Positions 52,690-64,000 of a stretch of DNA of 64,000 bases are shown here, in pieces. Position numbers and translations under genes: made by a program. Location of the stretch: positions 42,410,001 through 42,474,000 of the forward strand of contig NC_087437.1 of assembly GCF_036321535.1 (NCBI RefSeq). The letters are read 5' to 3'. Position 1 is the first letter of the stretch. Each line of letters opens with the position of its first letter. The notes beneath the pieces are model-generated. The model ran no database searches, had not been told where the DNA came from, and saw only the letters and a list, made by a program, of their open reading frames with translations. This DNA is from Camelus dromedarius (lineage: Eukaryota).

Positions 52690-54440
52690 TATACAGTTTT
52701 TACTTGTCTTTTTCTTTGATGTACATTTATGTGAATTTTAACACATGTGAAAATTTGTATAACCACCACTACAATCAGGATATAAAACATTTCCATCTCC
52801 CCAAAAAACTCCTGGTACTGTTTTTTTTTATGTCACACCCTTTTCTCCTTCCAACTCCTGGTAACCAATGATCTCTTCTCCATCGCTATAATTTTGTCTT
52901 TGAAAATGTCATATAAATGGAATCATATAGTATATAACCTACTAAGCCTGGCTTCTTTCAGCCTTTGAGTTTCATCTAACTTGTATGTATCAGTAGTTTG
53001 ATCCTTTTTATTGCTGAGTAGTATGCCATTGTATGGATGTACCACAGTTACCTATTCACTTATTAAAGGATATTTGAGTTGTTTCCCATTTGAGTGGTTA
53101 TGAATAGAGCTGTTACCAACATTTGTGTACAAGTTTTAGGTGCATATGTTTGCATTTCTCTTGGGTAAACACCTAGGAGTAGGATTGTTGGATCATATGG
53201 TACATATGTTTGACTTTAAAAGAAACTGCCCAACCTTTTTCCAAAGGGGCTATACAATTTTGCACTTCCACCAGCAATATGTGAGAGTTCCAGCTGCTCA
53301 TGTCCTCACCATTGCTTAGCAGTATTTTTAGCCTTTCAAATAGGTAGGTAGTTGTATCAATGTGGCTTTAATTTACATTTCCAAAATGACTAATGATATT
53401 GACTATCTATCCTTGTCCTTATTTGACATTTGTGTATCTTTTTTATTGAAATAACTATTCAAGATTTTGCCTATTTTTAATTGGGTTGTTTCTTTCCTGA
53501 GTTTTGAGAATTCTTTATATATTTTAGATACTAGTCCTTTGTCAGATAGGTGATTTGCAAATATTTTTTCCTAGTCTATAGCCTGTATTCTCATGTCTTC
53601 TGATAAATTCATCAAAATTAAACACATTTTTATCATTTTTTTTGTCTTATGCATCATGCTTTTGATTTCATATTTAAACACTCTTTACCCAAGTCACAAG
53701 ATTTTCTCCTAGGTTTTCTAAATATTTCATAGTTTTAGGTTTTTCCTTTAGATCTGTGATCCATTTTGAGTTAATTTTTGTATAAGGGTTATATTTAGGC
53801 TGAGGTTCTTTTTTTTGCCAATGGCAGGTGGTGTTTTAGTGCTATTTGTTGGATAGCTGGCCATTTTCCACTGGATTGCTTTTGCACCTTTGTCAAAAAT
53901 TACTTGGCCATATTTGCATGGGTTTGTTTCTAGACTCTATTCTGTTCTGTTGGTCTTGAATGTTTCTCTCTTTACCAGTACAACACAGTCTTGAGTACTG
54001 CAGCTTTATAGTAAGAAGTTCTTTGCCTTTCTACATAAATTTTTAGAATAAGGTTTTCTTCAATCTACAAAAAGTCATGGCATTTTTCATAGACATTGGG
54101 GTAGATTCATAAGTCTGTTTTGGGGGGAGAATTGACATTTTTACTGTGTTGGCAGTCCATGACCATATGTCTTATTTATTTAGGTCTTCTTTGATTTCTT
54201 TCATGAACATTCTGTAGTTTTCAGCATCATGTACGTGATTTATTATATTTATGCTTAAGTATTTTAATTTTTATTGTAAATGATACTGCTTATAGATTTT
54301 GGTTTCAATTTGTACATTACTGGTACATAGAAATACAATTTTTGCAGTGTGCATGCATGTGTGTGTGCATGCATGCATGTGGGTGCTGACTTGGTATCCT
54401 TTGACCTTGCTAAATTCACTTACTAGTTGTAGGAGGTTTT
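52690..54440 (-). mobile_element. Old L1M 3' portion in ECT2 intron 13
   Basis: Antisense L1 3'UTR/ORF2-end motifs (ttgctgagtagtatgccattgtatggatgtaccacag; ccattttgagttaatttttgtataagg). Confidence 0.82.
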
Positions 54441-54954
54441 TTCCCTTTTATTTTTTTAAGATTAATGCAAGTAGCAACATAGATACAAACAGATCTTCTG
54501 GTTTCAAATCCAGTCTCTTTCCTCTAAGCCAACTTTTTTGGCCACCATTTCAAAATATGTTACTTGTATGAAGTATATGTCTGGAAATAACTTATTGCTT
54601 TCTTCCTTAGTGACTTGAATAAAAAAATAGAAATTACTCTGTATCATACTAACAATTTTAATGATTTCTAGAACTGTGTGATAAACTGTTTTTAGATTCT
54701 AACATAACATTTTATTATAAGAGTATATACATACATACACAGATATATAGATAAGTAGGATAAAATAGAATAGAAAATGTTATGAGAAAAGATTTCAAAT
54801 TTAGGGAGAAGTATTTTTTTTAATTACTCTTTTCTTTTTCATTAAATCTTATCTCCTTTATCACTGTCTGTTAGATTTAAAAGATTTTTTTTCATTTTCC
54901 ACAATCTACCTAAACTAGTCTTTTTTTTTTTTTTTTTTTCTTTTAACTTTCTAG

Positions 54955-55074
54955 TTATTTCAAGTACCATTGGAAGAGGAAGGACAACGTGGTGGACCTA
55001 TCCTTGCACCAGAAGAGATTAAGACTATTTTTGGTAGTATTCCAGATATCTTTGATGTGCACACTAAGATAAAG
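54955..55074 (+). CDS. ECT2: ECT2 exon 14 (DH domain); gene continues beyond window
   Basis: LFQVPLEEEGQRGGPILAPEEIKTIFGSIPDIFDVHTKIK; long T tract then tag| ... |gtaaat; 120 nt; cumulative CDS 1548 nt in frame. Confidence 0.96.
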
Positions 55075-55185
55075 GTAAATTTGTATATGTTATGTTGGTG
55101 GTAATTCTTTTTTGATTGTGTATATTTATTATGATTTTTCAGATACTTCTGGTTAGCTAATTAAGTTTCACATTTAAAATTTCTT

Positions 55186-55255
55186 CATTATGCTGTACAC
55201 CAGAAATTGACACAATATTGTAAACCGACTATACTTCAATAAAAATATATATTTA
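55186..55255 (+). mobile_element. Extremely 5'-truncated L1 tail (~70 bp), sense to ECT2
   Basis: tatgctgtacaccagaaattgacacaatattgtaaaccgactatacttcaataaaaa; near-duplicate flanks aaaatttctt (55176-55185) and aaaattttctt (55256-55266). Confidence 0.75.
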
Positions 55256-57087
55256 AAAATTTTCTTATTCTTTCATTTATTCCCTTGAATCATTTTCCCT
55301 TGGCTCTAGTACCTTATTAATGTTTGTTGTTTGCCTGTTTTTTGATTTTGATTAATCTGAAAACAAGGAATTTAGACCTTATGAAGTCTTTTCTATAGAG
55401 ACATGTAGTTGCTAGTACTATTTTTTTTTTCCTACTGTTTTTCCTCTTGGGTTATGTATGTTTGGTTTGCTTTGATTTTTTTTGAAAAACTATGAAGGTG
55501 GAAGGGACTTAGAAATCATTTCATTCATTTCTCTTTTCATACATGGTCAGATAAATGCTGAAACCATATAAGAAAATGCTATCCTCTTTTTAATAATTTT
55601 CCTTTGATGAGGGGGTCCCTGATTTCCAGGTATCAGTCTCTCATAGTAAAGTAATTTTGGGGCAGGTTTCACTTAACTCTTAAAAGTAGTTTAGTTTTAT
55701 TTCCATTTATTTTTCTTGTGTGGTGCCTGGTCAGAATTGATCAGTTTTCTTCTCAGAACAATCCATATTAATGGATATTATTCCATATTGTAATAAAAAG
55801 ATCAATCTGAATTACACAATGTTTTCAAACAAATACATTCACTTTTGATTTTTATTGCACAGTATAGACAAAATATAAGATATGTAAGTTAATAAAAATG
55901 CAGTTTATCAAATGTTTATATTTTTTATTTTATCAAAATCCATTATTATATTTCACCTATTTCTAAATTTACAAGTAATTTTGAAGGAATCTTTATTTTC
56001 TTAGCTATAGAACCTCAAACTAGTTTATCCTTATTTCCAGTTAGGATTCTGAATATTTGAAGAGGAAAATTTTCTTGAAATGATCTTTTTTCTCATAAGA
56101 AATACTAAGAGGCATAGAGGTAGAGTGGAAAGACAAGCAGGTTTTCATCTATGTGTTTACCCCCAATTTGTAGATCATTTTGTGTTGGCTAGTCTGGGTG
56201 TGCAAGTTACCTTCCAATATAAAATGTTAAGTGCTTTTTATATGTATGGGATCATAATCTCAACTCAGAAGATCATGTTCTCTAGTTCACTGAAGCTTTT
56301 TAAAAAATAATTAATTTCTTATTGAATAAAGGAGTCTTTAAATTCTATACTGCTTTACAATTTTCAAAAGTTACACACATGATTTCACATAATCCCATAA
56401 TAACCTTCCCCCACCTCTGCCTTTACATTGCCTTCCCCGCTTCCCTCTCCCCACTGGTAATCATTGGTAGTTTGTTTTCTGTATATGTGAGTCTGCTTCT
56501 TTTTTTGTTTTATTCACTAGTGATTCACTGGAGCTTTGAAAATGATTATCACCCTTTAGTTATTATAATGCATAACAAAAATTTTTAAGATTCTTCTATA
56601 AACTTGGATTACCAATATTTCAATGAGTAGTTATTTTCTGGCTGATTTCAGGTTTGTCATACATGTAAAAATTTTAAAGCCTGTATTTTCTTTTTTTTCC
56701 TGCCATGAAATCAATGTGTGCTGTCAAATATTTATTTGTGAAATCAGGAGAAAGGGAAAAAGGAGTTGAAAATACCTATAATCCCATCACTGAAATGCTC
56801 CTAAAATTTTGTTTTATTTCTTTCTTTTTTATTGATAGCATTTTTTTCTTTTCTTCTTTTAAATGTAATCCACTATCAATTACTCCCACATCCATTGAAC
56901 ACTACCAAGAAGGTGAATATAATTGTCTGTATTTTATAGATGTGAAACAGCTACATACAGAGATTAAATGATTTTTCTGAAGTCATTCATCTAATAAATG
57001 CTGGATACAGGATTTGAGTCCTTTTTTTTTTGTCTAACTTCAGATTCTGTACTCCTTAACCTTAATGTTGTCTTGCTTTCCCCCTCC

Positions 57088-57680
57088 CTTTTTTAATGAG
57101 ATAAAATTGACAGGTAACATTGTATTAGTTGTAGGTATACAAAGTAATTGTTTGATACATGTATATATTTCAAAGTGATCACAGTAAGTTTAGTTAACAT
57201 CTACCTCCACACATAGTTAAAATTTTTCTTTTTTTGTGATGAGAACTTTTTAAGATTACTCTCTTAGCAACTTTCAAAAATGTAACACAGTATTATTAAC
57301 TACAGTCACCATGCTCTACATTATGTCCGTAGGACTTATTTTTCTCATAACGGGAAGTTTATACCTCTTGACTGCCATTACCCATTTTACCCATCTTCCT
57401 CCCCCATATCTCTGGCAACTACCAATCTGTTCTCTGTATCTATGAGTTTGGTTTTTTTTTAGATTCCACATATAAGTGAGATCATATAGTATTTGTCTTT
57501 CTCTGAATTATCTCACTTAGCATAAAGCCCTCAAGGTCTGTCCATATGGTCACAAATGTCAGGATTGCCTTCTTTTTAATGGCTAAATAATATTTCATTG
57601 TATAATACCACATTTGCTTTATCTATTCATCCATTCATGCACACTTGGGTTGTTTCCATGTCTTGGCTATTACTAATGCT
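57088..57680 (-). mobile_element. L1 3' end (L1MA-like)
   Basis: ttttaagattactctcttagcaactttcaa...ttttagattccacatataagtgagatcat...ttgtttccatgtcttggctatt. Confidence 0.85.
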
Positions 57681-57737
57681 ATATTGCTTCTTGATGCTAT
57701 GTATATAAATACACATATATATACATATACATATATA

Positions 57738-59770
57738 TTTTACTCAATTATATTTGATTGACAATGTTGTGGTAGTTTCTGGTATACAGCAAAGTGATAT
57801 ATATATATATATATATGTATATGTATATATATATATTCTTTCTCAGATTCTTTTCCATTATAGGTTATTACAAGATATTGCATATAGTTCCCTGTGCTAT
57901 ACAGAGGGTCCTTGTTTATCTTTTTGTATATAGTAGTGTGTATATATTAATCCCAAAATCCTAGTTTCTGTCTCCCCTGCCCCTTTGGTAACTGTAAGCT
58001 TGTCTTCTATGTCTCTGAGTCTGTTTCTGTTTTGTAAATAAGTTCATTTGTATCATTTTTTTTTTAGATAACACATATAAGTGATATCAAATGATATTTG
58101 TCTTCCTCTAACTTACGTCCATGTTGTTGTAAATGGCATTATTTCATTCTTTTTTGTGGCTGAGTGATATTCCATTGTATATACATACCACATCTTTACC
58201 CATTCATCTGTTGATGGACATTTAGGTTGTTTCCATATCTTGGCTATTGTAATAGTGTTGCTGTGAACATTGAGCTGCATGTATCTTTTCGGGTTTTCTA
58301 TGGATATATTCCCAGGAGTGGATCATATGGTAACTTTATTTTTAGTTTTTTAAGGAACCTCCATGCAGTTCTCCATAGTGGCTGCACCAGTTTACATTCC
58401 TATCAACAGTGAAGAAGTGTTCCTTTTTCTCCACACCCTCTACAGTATTTATTATTTGTACACTTTTTAATGGTGTCTATTCTGACTGGTGAGAGGTGGT
58501 ACCCTATTGTAGTTTTGATTTGCATTTCTCTGATAATTAGCAATATTGAGCATTTTTTCATGTGCCTGTTGGCTGTCTGTATATCTTCTTGGAGAAATGC
58601 ATTTAGGTCTTTTGCCCATGTTTGGATTGGACTATGTGTATTTTTTTTTTTTTTGGGGGGGGCTATTAAGTTATATGAGCTGTTTGTATATTTTGGAAAT
58701 TAATCCCTTGTTGGTTGCATTGTTGACATATTTTTCCCCATTTTGTAAGTTATCTTTTTGTTTTGTCTGTGATTTCCTTTGCTATGCAAAAGCATTTAAG
58801 TTTTGTTAGATCCCATTTGTTTATTTTTGTTTTTATTTCCATTTCTCTATGAGACTGGTCCAAAAACACATTGCTGTGATTTATGTCAGAGCGTGTTTTG
58901 CCTATGTTTTTCTCTGGGAGTTTTAGAGTATCTCATCTTACATTTAGGTCTTTTATCCATTTAGAGCTTATTTTTATGTATGGTGTCTTTAATCCATTTA
59001 GAGCTTATTTTTACGTGTGGTGTTAGAAAGTGTTCTAATTTCTTTCTTTTGCAGGTAGCTATCCAGTTTTCCCAGCACCACTTACTGAAGAGACTGTCTT
59101 TTCTCCATTGTATATTGCCTCATTTGTTGTAGATTAATTGACTTTAAGTGTGTGGGTTTATTTCTGGGCTTTCTGTCCTGTTCCACTGAGCTGTATATCT
59201 GTTTTTGTGCCTAAAGATACTACCAGAAAACTACTAGAGCTCATCAATGAATTTGGTAAAGTTGTAGGATACAAAATTAATATACAGAAATCTGTTACCT
59301 TTCTATACACTACCAAAGAAATATCAGAAAGAGAAATTAAGGAAACCATCTCATCGACCATTGCATCAAAAAGCATAACATATCTGGGAATAAACCTACC
59401 TAAGGAGTTAATTAAGAGACTTGTACTCCATAAACTATAAGATGCTGGTGAAAAAGTTGAAGACAACACAAACAGTTAGAAAGATAAACTGTGTTCTTGG
59501 ATTGGAAGAATCAATATTGTTAAAATGACCATACTACCCAAGGCAGTCTACAGATTAAATGCAAGCCCTATCAAATTACTGCTTGCATTTTTCACAGAAC
59601 TAGAACAAAAATGTTTTAAAAATTTGGATGGAGACACAAAAGACCCTGAGTAGCCAAAACAATATTGAGAAAACAGAGCAGAGCTGGGGAAATCACACTC
59701 TTTGACTTTAGACTATACTACTAAGCTATAGTAATCAAAATAGTATGGTATTGGCACAAAAACAGATATA
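57738..59770 (-). mobile_element. L1 with 5' inversion (antisense 57738-59211; sense ORF2 piece 59212-59770)
   Basis: Strand switch at 59211/59212; the sense piece encodes KDTTRKLLELINEFGKVVGYKINIQKSVTFLY...YLGINL (ORF2 RT C-terminal region). Confidence 0.9.
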
Positions 59771-61862
59771 TTCTTTTAGTATTTAGTGAATAATCTGTGT
59801 AAATGTGGCTTACATTTGTGCAGTTTTTCATATCATCTCATTAATACAGTATTCCGAAGAAGTACTGATGTCTGTTTTATAGCATTGCATAGTGGTTACA
59901 GATAAGGACTGTGCCCACAGTAGATCTGGATTTGAAGTAAGGTAACCTTAAGTGCTTCAGTTTTTTTATCTATAAAGTGGGAATAGTAGTATGTGACTCA
60001 TGGGTGGTTGTGAAATTTTTATTCTCAGTTTTTGCATTTTTATAAGTCACTAAGCATAGTGCCTATCACTGAGCATTCAATAAATAACAATGGCAATTTA
60101 TGTTAGTAATAAACTAAATTCAGAAAGTAAGTAAACTAATGTTCAAAAGTTTTGTGAAGGATTGAAATAGTTTTTTACCCACCATGTTTGCAACTACTGT
60201 CTGGCACTTAGATTTCTGTCAGTAAATATTTGCTGAATAATGGTCATTCTACTTTTAAACGTCTGAATCAGGACTGGAACTCAGTGTATTTTCTCATCTT
60301 ATATATTATGTGGACACCTTTGGTCTAATTCTTTATTTGCCTCCAACTTTTAGCATGCTAATATTTAAATTAAAATGAGAATTTTTGAGATTGATATGAA
60401 CATCTTTTCCTACATGTGAATTTTTCCTTTTCGGAACTAATCAACGTTAGTCCTTGATGTGCCACTGCCTGCTGTTTTTCGGAACTATGACGAAACAAGA
60501 GAGGGAGGGAGGAATTGGAGGGAGTACATTTTCTTTCTGTGTTTATGGTTTGTTAATTTAGCGTAAGTCTCAAAGTACCTTGTACTTACTCAGGGAAAGG
60601 TGTATAGTGGGGAATCTGATACCTTGGTGTTCAGTGAGCTAAGTGAAAAAGAAACCCGTCTTGTATAAAAGTAGATGGTAACAGTACAAAAGAAATCTTA
60701 ACCAGGAGGAAGAGAAGGAAAGAGCTTAGCTTTCTTACTCCAATCTGTTTACAACTTCCTTTACTTTTCTAATAGGCTTTGGGAGCTAGGCTCTATGACT
60801 TAGAACTATAGAGTTCTCTTATGGCCATGGCTAGGAGGTAAAGTTGAGAGCATCCTATGGAGAATTGTGTATGGATAAGAAGGAGATATGTGCCAGTGTC
60901 TGTCAACCATATTCCCATAGAAACATTGTAAGAAAATAGTGGCACTATGAATAACGCTCTTGGAGGCTCGCCTCGCCTGCCAACCTGACTCTCCATTTCT
61001 AATGGGTAGAAACTGGTATAGAGCAGGCAGAATGACATGGGATCTGAAGTCAGACAAGCCTGAGTATGAATAGCGGTTCATTTGGGGCAAATTTGCATGT
61101 GATTTGGGGCAAATTAAACTCTCTAAGCCTTAGTTCCTTTATTATTTAGTCCCTAAGCTAACGGTTGATTAAGACAGAAATCTTTATTTCATCAACAGGC
61201 ACCAGGACTTAAAGGTTGACCAGAAACAGTAGACTTTTTCAGGGTGCCTAAAGGTTATTTTGCTTTCTGAAAGCAATGTTCTTAGGTAAGGATATACAGC
61301 CGTCCTGTAGTTACACTTTGGAAATGTGCCACTAGATTATATTGGCAGAGCTGTAAGTTTTTCTCTTTTGCATCACAGTTTCCCAGATGATCTTCCATAT
61401 TTTATATTAAATACATAGGAAAATATAGTTAATAATAGCTTATGGAGCACTACTATCTGTTAGGGATTCTAAGTGCTATATAAGTATTAAGTAATTTAAT
61501 TTTTTATGGGGTAGGAGTCATTACTATCCTCATTTTTCCGAATAGAAAATTGAGACACTTATTGAGTTAGGTAAAATTGAGTTAGGTAACTTGGCAAAGG
61601 GCACAGAACTAACAAGGCCTAGAGCCAGTATTTAAAACCAGCTAGTCAGTGCCAGAATTCATTATACTATATTGTTCCAAGGTTAGTCTTACTTATAGTC
61701 CTTTTCTTCCTTTTGTTGTCTTTCAAGTGCAATTTTAGATAGTTAAATCTAGTTCTTGAGTCTGTGGGCTGTTAAATTATTCTTGCCTGAGTTCACCTTT
61801 ATGCTACTGGAAGTAATTTTTTCCCCTTTTGATTTTTCTGAATCTACAGAGTGTAGGAAGGA

Positions 61863-63557
61863 TAGTGGTTCTTAAATTATTTGGTCTCAAATAATTCTTA
61901 AAAATTATTGAGGTACTTATGTTTATGTGGGTTTTATCTATTGGTACTAAATGTATTTGAAATTAGAATAGAAAATTTTAAAAATATTTTTTAAGATACA
62001 TCAGTTTTTTCTTTAATAGCTTTATTGAGGTATACTTTACGTCTTTAAATTCACCTTTTTAAAATAATATGATTCAGTGATTTTAATAACTTTATCAAGT
62101 GATGCCATCACCATAAATCTATTTTAGAACATTTTCACCTTCCCCATTAAGATCCTTCATGCCCATTTATAATTAATTCCCAATGTTAGCCCCAGGTCCT
62201 CCAGGCAGTCACTAATCTACATTTTATCTTACGACTTTGCCTTTTCTGGACATTTCATATAAATGCAAATATACATTATATGGTGTCTTAGGCCTGGCTT
62301 CTCTCAGAAAATACTTAGCGTATTTTTGAATTTCATCTGTGATGTAGCATGTTAGTACTTTGTTCCTTTGTATGGCCAGATAATAGTCCATTGTATGGCT
62401 ATGCCACATTTCTTTATCCTTTCACCAATTGATGGAAGTTTAGGTTGTTTCCAGTTTTTGGCTATTATTAATAATCCTGCTGTGAACGTTGTGTGCAAAC
62501 CTTTGTGTGGGCATGCTTTCATTCTCTTCCATAGATATTTAGGAGTAGAATTGCTGGGACATATTAGTATTCTTAGATTTAAAATTTTTGAGAAATTTTT
62601 TACATCATTTTATATTCTCACCAGTAATGTATGAGGGTTCAGATTTCTCCACATTCTAGCCAATACTTATTCTTCTTTCTTTTTTTTTTTTTTTTAATAG
62701 CCATTCTAGGATGTGAAGTGGTTTTGATTTGCATTTCCCTAATGATTAATGAAGCTGAGCATCTTTTCATGTGCTTATTAGCCATTTGTATATTATGTCT
62801 GTGAAATGTATACTTAGATCAGGTGCCCATTTTTTGATTGGGTATTGTCTTAGTGAGTTGTAAGGGTTCTCTATAAATTCTAGATGCAAGTCCTTTATCA
62901 GCTATGTGTTTTGCAGATATTTCTTCCCAATCTGTTTTTTCTTGTCATTGCATTTTTTAAATGATGTCTTTTGAAGAACCAAAATTTTTAATTTTGCTTA
63001 AGTCCAATTTTTCCATTTTTTTAAAGTATAATATGCTTTTAGTATCATATCTTAGAAATTTTTGCCTAACCCAAGGTTTTGAAGATTTTGTCCTATGTTT
63101 TCTTCTTAAAGTTGTATTGTTTTAGCTCTTACAGATATCTTGAATTCATTTTTGGCTGAGGTGAGGGTTTAAGTTAATCTTTTTGTATGTGGATATCCCA
63201 ATTTTTAAAACATATATTAATACACTTAAAGTAGTAATGACTTAACATATGGTAGCATAAATAACATTCTTTGTGAAAAATACCTAATTTCTAAAAAAAA
63301 TAGTGAGAAGAGTGATGTTGATTTATGTTTTTATTGTCTGGCTTAATAGAAGAATATTTCTCATGTCTGCTCTTAACTCAGTCTGTTGCAGTGTCACATA
63401 CCACGTAGTCTCTAGAAAACTCTGTAGTATGGTTGAGAGAGAATTAGAGTGAAAATGTCAAATAATGCCTTAGTATTGTAATAAAAATAGTTTAACTCAT
63501 GGATCCCACTAAAAAGGTGTGTTGGAGGTTCTGCATATAACACTTTGAGAACCTTTG
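61863..63557. mobile_element. Charlie1-derived hAT element interrupted by an antisense L1 (~62005-63200)
   Basis: Termini tagtggttcttaaa... and ...cactttgagaacctttg; internal tagtgagaagagtg...tgtctggcttaatagaag; L1 3' sequence in between. Confidence 0.75.
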
Positions 63558-63734
63558 GTACAAGTTTATTGATTAAAATCTATTTAAAGTCACTTTTAGA
63601 ATTTCAGTTAAAGCATATCATTTGGCATCTCACTATCATCTGATCTGTGTTTTATTACCTGATAAAGCTTTTAAATGTCTTCTAAATTTTTACAAATATG
63701 TAGTGTTAGGATGATGATTGAGAAATTTTATAGA

Positions 63735-63962
63735 CTGGGGATTAGCAAACTATGGTCAATGGATGAAATCTAGCCAGTTTTAGGATTTTGGTGAAGTTTT
63801 GCTTGTTTTGGTGAAGAAAGTTTTATTGATATACAGGCACACTCAGTCATTTTTGTATTGTCTGTGGCTGCTTCCACTCTGAGTACTTGTGACAGAAACT
63901 ATATGGCCCACAAGCTGTAAACTTAGTACTTACCATCTAGCCCTTTAAGTTTGCTGATCCCT
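63735..63962. mobile_element. MER58A-like hAT MITE
   Basis: ctggggattagcaaactatgg...aaagttttattg...tatggcccacaagc...agtttgctgatccct. Confidence 0.78.
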
Positions 63963-64000
63963 ATTATAGATTACAGTTTGGGTTTTTTTGTTTGTTTTTT

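Noticed and set aside
8135..63200. Many 60-110 aa hydrophobic ORFs in the track
   Set aside because: Mostly antisense L1/L2 or AT-rich chance ORFs with alternative starts; no splice-consistent gene model.
63700..63745. tag|GATGATG as a candidate next ECT2 exon
   Set aside because: Does not continue as DH-domain sequence and runs into a stop and a MER58-like element; the next exon is probably beyond the window.
1..64000. CRISPR array, operon or other novel multi-gene system
   Set aside because: Eukaryotic intron/repeat landscape explained by NCEH1, ECT2 and interspersed repeats; no regularly spaced repeat-spacer structure seen.

Overview
Mammalian genomic window, probably camelid: it carries a Vic-1-like tRNA-derived SINE and a young camelid-type L1 3' end. 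It spans the divergent NCEH1-ECT2 locus. NCEH1 coding exon 1 (2390-2527, minus strand) and its CpG-island promoter sit at the left. About 31 kb of repeat-rich intergenic DNA follows (L1, L2, MIR, MaLR/ERV LTRs, hAT and Tigger DNA elements). The ECT2 CpG-island promoter (CCAAT/E2F/CHR cell-cycle architecture) then precedes a non-coding exon 1 and 13 coding exons on the plus strand. These splice into a continuous 1548-nt, stop-free frame (516 aa; BRCT repeats, S-loop/NLS, start of the DH domain), and the gene continues beyond the window. I found no evidence of a new multi-gene biological system. The most interesting items are regulatory or structural: a frameshifted NCEH1 upstream ATG, a strong-Kozak uORF in ECT2 exon 1, several non-canonical or weak ECT2 splice sites (GC-AG intron, GAG acceptor, A-rich acceptor), RBFOX motifs at the 93-nt cassette exon, a tiny sense L1 tail adding a polyA signal behind exon 14, a twin-primed L1 inversion and two solo LTRs with intact promoter boxes. 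Repeat subfamily names and human comparisons come from recall and need RepeatMasker or alignment confirmation.
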